DNA of 15,794 nt from Octopus sinensis (GCF_006345805.1 NW_021825406.1:1-15794), one strand, 5' to 3'; shown: positions 1 through 8,589, counted from the first letter of the stretch. The notes: generated from the sequence alone by a model not told the origin. Numbers and translations are program-made.

Positions 1-36
1 TGAGAGAGAGAGGGACAGAGTGAGAGTGAGTGAGAG
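1..36. repeat. (GA)n/(GAGT)n microsatellite, truncated by window edge
   Basis: Seen directly: tgagagagagagggacagagtgagagtgagtgagag. Confidence 0.9.
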
Positions 37-184
37 AATTTAATGTACATAGTATAGGTATAAAGTTATGAGCTAATTATAATTTCATACGCTACATATA
101 TTATAAGATATTTACATAGGCAAATTTTAAAACAAACCTAGTGTCCCCAAGTATTGTTCTGACTCAAGGCACACAGCCTATACA

Positions 185-470
185 CGTTGTAAATCAAGAC
201 GTTAAGACAGGAGAAACGAGATGAACTTAGGTTCGCTTCTCACATATTAGTAGTGACAGTGTCTTTCAGGCGTATGTGGAGGTTGGCAGCAATGAGTTTT
301 TCCCTAAGTTTATCAAGAATGTAAATATCACATTCATGGGGAATTCTGAAGATATTGTTTTGATATAGACCTAATTCTATAGCTGCTATTTCTAGAAATA
401 CTGGTACTGACTACTGCCCTAAGCCAATTTAGTGACATATATATTTCTGCCTTTTGGTTGTAAAATTGAG
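185..470 (-). mobile_element. Decayed Penelope-like element (PLE) reverse-transcriptase core fragment
   Basis: Minus-strand translation across one frameshift and stops: AEI(fs)CH*IGL...ELGLYQNN...LDKLREKLIA...LKDTVTTNM*EANL. This parallels the recalled PLE RT pattern GAEICELVGL...IGLYRDD...KIKKKIIKIF...LKITIxTNxKxVxFL. The catalytic YxDD reads YQNN (codons 365->354). Family match is inference from memory. Confidence 0.7.
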
Positions 471-496
471 AATAAGCCACCCATATTATTATATGT

Positions 497-647
497 AAAT
501 GCGTGTGTATGTGGTGTGTGCACACACAGACACAAACCCACAAACACACAAACACAAAAACACTACATACATATATATATCCTATATATATATATTAATA
601 TATATAATATATATATGTAGTATGTAACGTATGTATGTAATGTTATG

Positions 648-687
<40 letters not shown>
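497..687. repeat. Compound (TG)/(CA)/(TA)/(TATG) microsatellite
   Basis: Seen directly; it separates the two decayed RT-like segments. Confidence 0.95.
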
Positions 688-688
<1 letters not shown>

Positions 689-689
689 G

Positions 690-1000
690 GGTTATAATAA
701 TGAGGAAGACAAACAATTAGGCGATGCTGGATTTGGTATCTAAAATTTAGAGAAAAACATGACAAAACTGATAAATTGGGAGACTCGGCCAGCTGTTTCT
801 AGAATACCCTGACCATTGAATCGTCGTACTGTTTGAAGACTTTATATACTGAGAAATGTATGAAGGAATGTATCATAGACAGTGGAAGGAAATCTTGCCT
901 TTAATGATATTCATTGCGGTTCATTATAGTTCATTATGTTCAGTAGAATAGGCGGGTACATTAAATACCTTTGAGTCGCTTCTTCCTCAGGTATATCCTT
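690..1000 (-). mobile_element. Possible upstream part of the same decayed PLE RT
   Basis: Weak motif echoes on minus strand in different frames (NVPAYSTE, SNSTTIQW, FISFVMFF, versus recalled NPAKSE, KNTxxVIxW, FIxFDxxxFY), in the correct order upstream of 185-470. Many stops. Confidence 0.35.
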
Positions 1001-1172
1001 AGGTAAATAATTAAATAATTCATTATTAAAAGACTGGTTAGGCAGTTGGAAATCATGTCTATACTGAGAGAATGAATAAGCGAAATGATCTAGAATGAGA
1101 GAGAAAAATAGATAGATAAATATAAGCATTATATTAAATCAATAATGTTCAGTATAGCAAAAATACAATCTT

Positions 1173-1200
1173 TTTACTACATATGAATCAATGGACAAAC
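1173..1200. repeat. Left arm of perfect 28-bp inverted repeat (partner 2794-2821)
   Basis: tttactacatatgaatcaatggacaaac is the exact reverse complement of 2794-2821. Confidence 0.97.
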
Positions 1201-1339
1201 AGAGAGGTTGCTCTGTAAAACGAGGTGTTTTATATATTGGGACTATTAGAGGGAGAGGATGGAGTTGGGCTAACAAATTGGCTTTCCCATCCAAAGAAGT
1301 AGTAGTGGAATCAGGTGTGACAGAATGGAGGAGTGAATA

Positions 1340-1770
1340 GGGTTTTTGTTTAGTGCGAGCGAGGATTTCATGGAAAATATTTAAATGGATTATGAAGAGT
1401 AGAGTGGAATGTGCAAAGGAAGATGAAAAGGGTGGAAAAAACGAGAGGGAGAATGTTGTTGAGGGTGTGTATTTTCAAGAGATTAGAACTAATGGTGGCA
1501 CGCAGAAGGCGGTAAGAAATAGTACGGAGTATTGGTAGGATGGGAGAAGCAGAGTGGAATGTGGGGTGAAAATAGAGGCGAAAATCTTTGGCGATGAGGA
1601 GGTGGTGTGGCAGCGACTGAAAAAGGAAACGTGACTAAAGTGCTGAGTTTTTTAAATATCAGTAGGGAAAGATCATTAGAAGAGTGAAAACAGCGGGAAG
1701 GAAGCGTGAAAAGTGTTTCTTTAGGCGGTGGGGAAGGTGGAGGAGGATAGATTTGTAATCGGGCATGATA
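1340..1770 (-). mobile_element. Decayed PLE ORF N-terminal region
   Basis: One minus frame reads MPDYKSILLHLPHRLKKHF...SRFLFQSLPHHLLIAKDFRLYFHPTF...ILRTISYRLLRATISSNLLKIHTLNNIL with 2 internal stops. It resembles the recalled PLE N-terminal pattern HxxFLxxCLxxxLIPKGFRLxFHP (motif at 1556-1634). Inference. Confidence 0.5.
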
Positions 1771-1774
1771 GTGT

Positions 1775-2020
1775 AAGAAGATAGAAAAAGGAAGATAGAA
1801 AAAGGGAAGAAAAAGAGAAAAAAAGAAGAAAACGACAAAGAAAAACAAAGTAATGACGTACGGAGTACAAAAGTTCAAAAGATTCAAAAGTCGTGAAGAA
1901 GAAAAGGAAGAAAAGAAAGGAAAGGAGAAGGAAAGAAGACGAGAAGACGAAAAAAGAAAAGGAGAGAAAAAAGCAAATTAACAACGTATGGTGTAAGAAA
2001 TAAGACAAAAAAAAACAGAA
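1775..2020 (+). repeat. Purine-rich (A/G) low-complexity tract
   Basis: Seen directly; source of the Phe/Leu/Ser-rich minus-strand ORFs. Confidence 0.85.
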
Positions 2021-2039
2021 AGTTCAAAAAGTTCAAACG

Positions 2040-2480
2040 TGGTAGTACAGGGTGTTTGAAAGGTCTCTCTGCAGTAGGTATTAATCGTTTTCGGGCGATT
2101 CTTGTACACTGATACTTCACTTGCTCCCCAGAAACATGTCTGGCGGTGTTAAAGGAGGTGGTCATGGTGGCTAAAGTGCATTCGAAATAATCCATTTACC
2201 GAAAAAGAGTAGAAGTAGCATCATGGTGATGCGCAGGATGAAAAAAAATCACCGCAGATAGACGTTTTGAACAACCTGGATATTGGGAGCGATTTTTCAT
2301 CATCGGAAAAGTCCAGTAAAATCTGTAAGCATATCCAGTGGTAATTCGGGTAGAGTGCTGGTATGTAGATGAGGAGAGGTGAATAAATTTCAGGCAGTAG
2401 TTGAGATGTGAAACTCCAAAGAAAAGGTTCAAGCAAAATAAAACTGGGCTTACCACGTGAGCGTATAATATAGTTGAAAT
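2040..2480 (-). mobile_element. Decayed PLE RT thumb-region fragment
   Basis: LDFSDDEKSLPISRLFKTSICGDF (2316->2254) parallels recalled YLxFxSxHPxxxKxSIPYSQFLRLRRICS; the preceding FLWSFTSQLLPEIY echoes FLxSYxGxLPxLY. Frameshifted and decayed. Inference. Confidence 0.45.
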
Positions 2481-2482
2481 GA

Positions 2483-2636
2483 GGCGGCGAGATGGCAGAA
2501 ACGTTAGCACGCCGGGCGAAATGCTTAGTGGTATTTCGTCTGCCGCTACATTCTGAGTTCAAATTCCGCTGAGGTCGACTTTGCCTTTCATCCTTTCGGG
2601 GTCGATTAAACAAGCACCAGTTAAGTACAAGTAAAA

Positions 2637-2639
<3 letters not shown>
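2483..2639 (+). mobile_element. tRNA-derived SINE (family 1), internally deleted near 3' end
   Basis: A-box-like tggcagaaacg, B-box-like gagttcaaattcc, central gtcgactttgcctttcatcctttcggggtcgat. Homologous copies at 7424, 7723(-), 8512 and 15203 in this window. Ends in aagtaaaagaa then (TA)n. Confidence 0.9.

Positions 2640-2731
<92 letters not shown>
2639..2731. repeat. (TA)n microsatellite, about 90 bp
   Basis: Seen directly. Confidence 0.98.
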
Positions 2732-2732
<1 letters not shown>

Positions 2733-2793
2733 AGCCTTGTCCTTTTCAAAGTGTGCAATTGCATATTTGCCTAAACAGTTGTGCTAACAGGAC

Positions 2794-2821
2794 GTTTGTC
2801 CATTGATTCATATGTAGTAAA
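2794..2821. repeat. Right arm of perfect 28-bp inverted repeat (partner 1173-1200)
   Basis: gtttgtccattgattcatatgtagtaaa, exact reverse complement of 1173-1200. Confidence 0.97.
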
Positions 2822-3593
2822 CAATAGACGTAGAATTTAATGCACAAACTCTACTCACATATGTATAGCATACTTTGCAAGGAGAATCAAGATATCAATG
2901 CACACTGCGCCTTTCCGCTTCTGACATTATCTACCGGGTTACTGCTATTACTAAGTTGTATAACCGGAACTTCTGTTTTATATTCGAATGTTATAGAATC
3001 TTTGAAACTTCCAATATTCAGCAGTTAGACAAAAAAAAATGATGTTCACTGTTTAAGTCCGTTGGAATTTCCTAGTCAATAACGAGTTTCCAAACAACGA
3101 AACAGAGAGTAGTCTGACGCTGGAGGCAATAATACGCAAGACCGAGAACCACAAAACATCATAACAATTTGTTGAAAATTTTATAACATTATTTTATTCG
3201 AATTTTTTTTACTCACATTATTTATGTAGGAACAAAGGTTTTCTTACAAACTGCAAACAAACATGTTTAAAAACCACCAGTCGCTTGCAGACATATTTTT
3301 ATTTTTCAAGCTCTAATTGGTTTTGGTATGCAATGATTGTTAACCGTCTCTCTATGTATCTGTTTTTTTTTTTTGTATTTATTGTTTTGCTTATGTTTTA
3401 ATCTTTCATTTCTGCTATATATTACCTGTAGTTTTTTTTTTTTACCTTAAACTAATTATTATTGATCTATTGTTAGATTTCTTGTGTAAACTCACTCAAC
3501 ATACACCTGTTAATAAGACGTTACTGTAACGAATTTAACTACGTAATCAACTTAAGCAACAAATTGCTTGTCTCTTGTACATAAATTACATTC

Positions 3594-3602
3594 AATATAT
3601 AT

Positions 3603-3655
<53 letters not shown>

Positions 3656-3768
3656 ATATCTATACATATATATATAAATATATAATATATACATATACAT
3701 ATGTATATATATACACATACATACATATATGTATATATATGTATATATATATATCCTTGTTTTCTATG

Positions 3769-3804
<36 letters not shown>

Positions 3805-3848
3805 TGTGTGTGTGTATACATGTATGTATACTCATATATATATATATA
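3594..3848. repeat. Compound (TA)/(TG)/(TACA) microsatellite
   Basis: Seen directly; explains ORFs 3568-4014 and 3660-3869. Confidence 0.97.
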
Positions 3849-4879
3849 TGCTTGTATATTTAGGAACATATGTATAGCTTTCGGTATCTATACGTTGGTG
3901 TATTACCGAGTCAAATACTCCAAACAAACGCACCTATTTTTTAGTGTTTCCGTGATGCAAATATTTTTGAAGTACTTTATTCAAAAGCAAGTTCTTGTCA
4001 ACATATTCCCTTAAAAAAAAATAACAAAAAAACACACACACCAAAAAAACATGTGTTCAGATATATAGATATCTTGTCAAAATACGCGACCTTAATTATA
4101 TTAACTTCTTATTATTACCAATTCAGTCTTTTTGCTGTCAGGAATTGTATTAAGTTAGATAGTACTGTGGCGTTTTTGCCTGACTGTGGTGTATTTTAGC
4201 TGATGATAGCAAATAATATAGATATCGTGTCGAATGCAATGAAAATACAAAATAGAGTGAATGAATGACACTTGCATTAGCGGTAGTTATTCTCTACATT
4301 TTTGCTTCTAATACCTAAGAGTTTTACTTAAATACTAACGTGCATATAGCATTTATTCATTGTTTAAAATTCTCTTTACTCTCCACGAATCTAAAAAGCG
4401 AAAAGAGCAAGTGTAAGCATTATCGGACGCCAAGTAGAATAGCGTTGGGTCGATTTCCATTTGTTTCCCTAAAATTTTCTTGACAATTTCTCTATCAACC
4501 ATAGTTATATGGACGTATGTCAATATATGTGTGTGGGTGACTATGTAGAGAAAGACAAGAGTACACCTGCACAAACATATATAGTTTTTAACTACAGAGT
4601 ATAAAATGCTTGTAACGTGTATATGTATTAGCAAACAAGAAATGTCTAAAAGTAGTATGTATAGGAATATTTATAATTTTTTATGCATAATAATTGATGA
4701 GGTTTCCCGAAGAAATTGTATTAGTTACAGCCAGACGAATCTGAGTATCCGAGTCGGATCTTGAGATAATTAACAATTACATATCCGACCGCATTTTATG
4801 TGTAAGAATATGATTTCATATTTAATTTCAAAGATTTTATACGTTTGAATAAATCAAAATTTATATTTCCTTTAATATT

Positions 4880-5010
4880 TACTTATTTCAGTTGTTAGAC
4901 TGCGGCGATGCTGGGGCACCACCTTGAAGGAATTTTTATACGCAGTACTTTTTGTTTTCTTTATTTCTTCCAGCGGTGGTGCCCCAGCATGGCCGCGGCC
5001 TTCGGGCTAA
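4880..5010. repeat. 22-bp inverted repeat with 51-bp AT-rich spacer (MITE-like, or two SINE tails back to back)
   Basis: Arms 4902-4923 (gcggcgatgctggggcaccacc) and 4975-4996 (ggtggtgccccagcatggccgc) pair at 21/22 positions, 16 of them contiguous. The arm resembles the recalled 3' tail of an abundant octopus SINE (inference). Confidence 0.85.
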
Positions 5011-5159
5011 AAATTTTTTAAGGATTTTAAGGATTTATACGAAAATGTGTTGAACACCATTTTTTTTACCTATGCAATAAGTTCATCTTCCCCTTTCTTG
5101 AACGAAAAAAAAAAAACTATTTCCATTATGTATTTAGTCGGAGTGATGCCCTCAACTAG

Positions 5160-5430
5160 ATTGCTCCTTTCATTGCGTTTCGACTGTGTGCACTCCAGGC
5201 TTCCTCGGGTGTCTTGTGATTCACCGTAGTATCTTGCATGAAATTCTAGGTAACTGTACTGAATTACCCAGCAGCTTTATCCAATACACTATGTTCGTAG
5301 CCAGGTCCAGAGTGAAGTTTTAAAGCTTATAATCCTCAAATGATGTCTTATGTCGGTTCCGTACCGATCGAATAACAATCTTCTATATTTCTCAGATGAG
5401 GAATTTTTCAGTTATGTACTAATCGGAATG
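5160..5430 (-). mobile_element. Decayed PLE GIY-YIG endonuclease fragment followed by a hammerhead-like motif
   Basis: RHKTSFEDYKL*NFTLDLATNIVYWIK (from 5355 downward) parallels recalled NHKxSFxxxKxxNxTxLSxxIWxLK. 44/53 identity to the reverse complement of 6760-6812. Confidence 0.6.
5171..5212 (-). ncRNA. Degenerate type-I hammerhead-ribozyme-like motif (CCGAGGA core)
   Basis: Minus strand: acac-CCGAGGA-a-gcctg-gagtgcaca-cagtc-GAAA-cgcaatg. Stem II 4/5 paired; stem III and cleavage triplet decayed. Lies at the 3' side of a PLE EN remnant. Confidence 0.4.
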
Positions 5431-5985
5431 GTGTCCTCATCCTGACTTTTGTTTTCGCTAATTTTCGGCTGTGTACGCTAGGACATTGAAAGAGAATGAA
5501 AGGACACATGAAGGAGGCTGGAACCTCTGACAGCCGGAAACACATTGGAAACAACAATAAGATTTCTGCGTGATCATTGTTTTTTTTTCTTTATTGTTGG
5601 CTACGGCTTTATTGCTACCACAGGAATCCTCGTTAGAAATAACGCGAATATTTCAGCGCGTGATGAGATATACGAAATAAATTCTAGGTCTATAATTACT
5701 GACGTTTACAATCCTGGAAGCAGTTGACAACCGACCTAATGTAGAGAGAATTAATTCAGTTCATACTGGTGCCTGATTCATGTTGGGAATGAAAAAAAAA
5801 TTTTCCAACTCATCATAAACTAAAGCTTTTGAGATATTCTTGTACGCCTAAGTGAAGGCAATCTTCAAATCTAACAAAAATTAATTAAAGTACTGCTATG
5901 GGACATCAACCTCATTATCAGTTGATGTTTAGCGATAGAAACAACACGTCGACCTTTCGACACTGATAACCTCTTCCAACAAGTA

Positions 5986-6696
5986 AGGATCCCCTTTGGT
6001 CTTGATCGATTATGGGATTACAGCTAGAATTTTACCCTCCGAAACACAAGTCCTGGCAAGGTTATTTATTGAAGACCAGCAGTCACCCATGCATTCCAGC
6101 CTCCGTTCTCCCCATCACCGATGTTATCCAATCAGGTTGGTGAAGGCGCAATGGCCCAGTGGTTAGGGCAGCGGACTCACGGTCGTAGGATCGCGGTTTC
6201 GATTCCCAGACCGGGCGTTGTGAGTGTTTATTGAGCGAAAACACCTAAAGCTCCATGAGGCTCCGGCAGGGATGGTGGTGATCCCTGCTGTACTCTTTCA
6301 CCACAACTTTCTCTCACTCTTACTTCCTGTTTCTGTTGTACCTGTATTTCAAAGGGCCGGCCTTGTCACTCTCTGTGTCACGCTGAATATCCCCGAGAAC
6401 TACGTTAAGGGTACACGTGTCTGTGGAGTGCTCAGCCACTTACACGTTAATTTCACGAGCAGGCTGTTCCGTTGATCGGATCAACCGGAACCCTCGTCGC
6501 CGTAACCGACGGAGTGCTTCCACCAATCAGGTTGGCATAATTGACGTCGAGATTCAATTGTCCAGCTGAGTAACTTGAGCAAAGTGAAATAAAATGTCTT
6601 GCTCAAGAACACAATACACAGCCCGGTCCAGGAATCAAATTCACTACCTCATGATAGTGAGTTCAACCCTGCAACCACTGAGTCATGCGCCTTCCA
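5986..6696 (-). mobile_element. tRNA-derived SINE with CORE-like central motif (family 2), split by a younger SINE
   Basis: Minus strand head gaaggcgcatgactcagtgg (A box), gaatttgattcc (B box), gtgttcttgagcaagacattttatttcac (CORE-like, recalled). Body resumes at 6127->5990. Flanked by an 11/13 target-site duplication cttccaacaagta (5973-5985) / cttccaattagta (6691-6703). Confidence 0.8.
6141..6522 (+). mobile_element. Full-length tRNA-derived SINE (family 3), 382 bp, with perfect 13-bp TSD
   Basis: A box tggcccagtgg, B-box-like gtttcgattcc. TSD ccaatcaggttgg at 6128-6140 and 6523-6535. Internal hairpin gcagggat-N7-atccctgc and 3' palindromic stem ttccgttgatc-g-gatcaaccggaa. Confidence 0.92.
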
Positions 6697-6954
6697 ATTA
6701 GTATATAATATAAAAGTTTCACATTTCAGAAATATAGAATTGTATTATGCATTCATCGTGGAGCAGACCTAAGGCATCAATGGAGGTTTATAAGCCTTAA
6801 AAATTCACTCTGACACTGCCTGCGACTATAGCGTGGTACATAAATCCTCGGGCTAAGATACCTAAAGAAGGATTCGACGTAATTTATACTTATTGCGTTC
6901 TTTCTGTTTCCATCATTATAACTGTCCCACTACTAATGGAAGAGCCTGTCATCT

Positions 6955-7085
6955 CGCAAGAATCAACTCCGAAATCCAACGCAAACAGGTCAATGACCAA
7001 CTGCTCATCAGGCTGATACCGCGCAAGAATCATCTCCGAAATCCAACGCAAACAGGTCAATGACCAACTGCTCATCAGGCTGATA
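6955..7085. repeat. Tandem duplication, two 64-bp copies at 67-bp period
   Basis: 6955-7018 and 7022-7085 differ at one base. Confidence 0.97.
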
Positions 7086-7423
7086 TTCTCCTCAATCTCC
7101 ATCATCACCTAATAGCTATCAAGAAGCACCCTAACGTATGCTTCACATTTTCCTTCAGAAGTCTTTTAATACATCCATCATGGTTAAATTCTGTAAGCAG
7201 ACGTCACCTTTTGAATCGTTTTCTGCATGACTGATTAAAAATATTTGCTTGTTTTGAACGGAAAAAAACATGCTGCTTGATAAAAATTGACAATGTTTCC
7301 GTTTGATTATATCAATATGTGGAAATATATGGTTGTTATTTATTATTTTTTTGCAGATTTTTTTGTGTTCATTTGTGTTGTATTTTTTTATTGCTGCCAC
7401 AGGAGTCCTTGTCAGAAATAGCG

Positions 7424-7655
7424 TCGAGCTGGCAGAAACGTTAGCACGCCGGGTGAAATGCTTAGCTCTATTTAATCTGCCGTTATGTTCTGAGTTCAAA
7501 TTCCGCCGAGGTCAACTTTGCCTTTCATCCTTTCGGGGTCGATAAAATAAGTACCAGTTACGCAGTGGGGTCGATATAATCGAATTAATCGTCTGTCTGT
7601 CCTTGTCTGTCCGTTCTGTGTTTAGCCCCTTGTGGGTAGTAAAGAAATAGGTATT
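7424..7655 (+). mobile_element. Full-length family-1 SINE (unit A of composite insert)
   Basis: A/B boxes and tail ccccttgtgggtagtaaagaaataggta. The whole 7424-8048 block is flanked by the perfect 10-bp TSD agaaatagcg (7414-7423, 8049-8058). Confidence 0.92.
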
Positions 7656-8048
7656 TCATCTGAGTTCAAATTCTGCCGAGGTCGACTTTGCCTTTCACCC
7701 TTTCCGGGTCGATAAATTAAGTACCTATTTCTTTACTACCCACAAGGGGCTAAACACAGAGAGGACAAACAAGGATAGACAAACGGATTAAGTCGATAAT
7801 ATCGACCCCAGTGCGTAACTGGTACTTATTTAATCGACCCCGAAAGGATGAAAGGCAAAGTCGACCTCGGCGGAATTTGAACTCAGAACGTAGCGGCAGA
7901 CTAAATACCGCTAATTATTTCGCCCAGAGTGCTAACGATTCTGCCAGTTTGCCGCCTCCCTCACTTGGGTCGATGTAATCGACTTAATCCCGTTGTCTGT
8001 CGTGTTTGACCCTTCTATGTTTAGCTCCTCGTGGGCAATAAAGAAATA
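7656..8048 (+). mobile_element. 5'-truncated family-1 SINE (unit B: 7656-7725 and ~7963-8048) split by an inverted copy
   Basis: Starts near the B box (tgagttcaaattctgccgagg), breaks at aagtac, resumes with ttgggtcgatgtaatcgac...gtgggcaataaagaaataag. Confidence 0.85.
7723..7957 (-). mobile_element. Full-length family-1 SINE (unit C), inverted
   Basis: Reverse complement aligns to unit A end to end, about 90% identity by eye. Confidence 0.92.
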
Positions 8049-8511
8049 AGAAATAGCGCGAACGTTTCAGCGCGTGTTGAGATATACAAAATCAAGTTTA
8101 GGTCTGTAATTACTGACGTTCATAATCCTAGAAAGAGTTATCAATCGAGCTGATGTAGAGAGAATTAAGTCAGTTCATATTGGTGCCTGATACATGTTGG
8201 GAATGAAAAGAAATGTTGCGCAGCTCATCATAAAGAAAATATTTTGAGATGTCCTTGTGCCCCTAAGTGAAGTCGATCTTCACATCTTCTAATAAAAATT
8301 AATTAAAGTGCTGCTACAGGACATCAACCTCATTACTGTTTGATGTTCAGTGATAGAAACAACACGTCAACCTTTCGACACTGACAACCTCTTCCACAAC
8401 CATTTGATACCATTGAGATAATGTGTGGTTAAAAGTTTAAGAACCGTGTTAAATGGGAACAGGTGAACATACAATAATGACTAACTGAAGATATAATCAT
8501 ATCTATTGGCG

Positions 8512-8585
8512 AAGTGTTCAAATTCCCCTGAGGTCGACATTGCCATTCATCCTTTAGTGATCGATAAATTAAGTATCAGTGATAC
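8512..8585 (+). mobile_element. Degenerate family-1 SINE fragment
   Basis: gttcaaattcccctgaggtcgacattgccattcatcctttagtgatcgataaattaagtatcagt matches the B-box and central domain of the other copies. Confidence 0.8.
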
Positions 8586-8589
8586 TTAA

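Larger units (their letters stand above)
5608..6860 (+). mobile_element. Decayed PLE thumb-linker-GIY-YIG fragment interrupted by a nested SINE insertion (5986-6690)
   Basis: With frameshifts: NISARDEIYE...REN*FSSYWCLIHVGNE...FPTHHKL...YSCTP(fs)VKAIFKSNK(fs)KLIK...PFDTDNLFQ|LVYNIKV...RPKASMEVYKP*KFT. This follows the recalled PLE order RNIIWFNPPY..VxTNIG..FPxxHKL..YSCxPNVKxII..NKKI..CPLDGxCL..IVY..HKxSF. Removing the SINE block rejoins PFDTDNLFQ-LVYNIKV in frame. Confidence 0.65.
7388..8396 (+). mobile_element. Second copy of the PLE thumb-linker segment (homologous to 5608-5979), interrupted by SINE block 7424-8048
   Basis: After removing the insert and one TSD copy it aligns to 5608-5979 at roughly 80-85% (25 mismatches in the first 171 nt counted). 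Retains HHK...CPCAP(fs)VKSIFTSSNK(fs)KLIK...PFDTDNLF. Confidence 0.75.

Noticed and set aside
231-368. Plus-strand open frame VRFSHISSDSVFQAYVEVGSNEFFPK...
   Set aside because: Antisense shadow of the minus-strand RT remnant; no start codon and no polypyrimidine tract.
965-995. Hammerhead-like CTGAGGA with atac/gtat flanks on the minus strand
   Set aside because: GAAA, stem III and the cleavage triplet are missing; too decayed to call.
2900-2975. ETS-like sites (tttccgctt, accggaact) suggesting a housekeeping promoter
   Set aside because: Imperfect short motifs with no CpG island or downstream exon evidence.
4353-4500. Protein-like minus-strand peptide MVDREIVKKILGKQMEIDPTLFYLASDNAYTCSFRF
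   Set aside because: No family recognised with confidence (faint resemblance to PLE EN C-terminus or a transposase); needs a translated search.
3881-4759. Small hairpins or palindromes (tcggta...taccga at about 3881-3911; atccgagtcggat at 4747-4759)
   Set aside because: Arms of 6 bp are expected by chance in 16 kb and have no supporting context.
5670-5700. LINE RT motif NYRP on the minus strand
   Set aside because: Isolated 4-residue match in a frame with several stops shared by both copies; the plus strand gives a much longer ordered PLE match.
5660-5702. C/D-box snoRNA (GTGATGA...CTGA)
   Set aside because: Only 43 nt, the C box is mutated (GTGTTGA) in the second copy, and it lies within a PLE-like coding remnant.
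5624-5982. Exon with good acceptor (ccacag|G) and donor (CAA|gtaagg)
   Set aside because: Stops in all three frames; the sequence is better explained as a PLE remnant, and the donor is created at the SINE TSD junction. Non-coding exonisation cannot be excluded without RNA data.
6141-6215. tRNA gene
   Set aside because: tRNA-like head with A/B boxes continues into a 300-bp body bounded by a TSD; it is a SINE head with an imperfect cloverleaf.
6955-7085. CRISPR-like array or hammerhead pair (CTGATGA at 7005-7011 and 7072-7078, minus strand)
   Set aside because: Only two 64-bp units with a 3-nt spacer in eukaryotic context; no GAAA follows the putative stem II.
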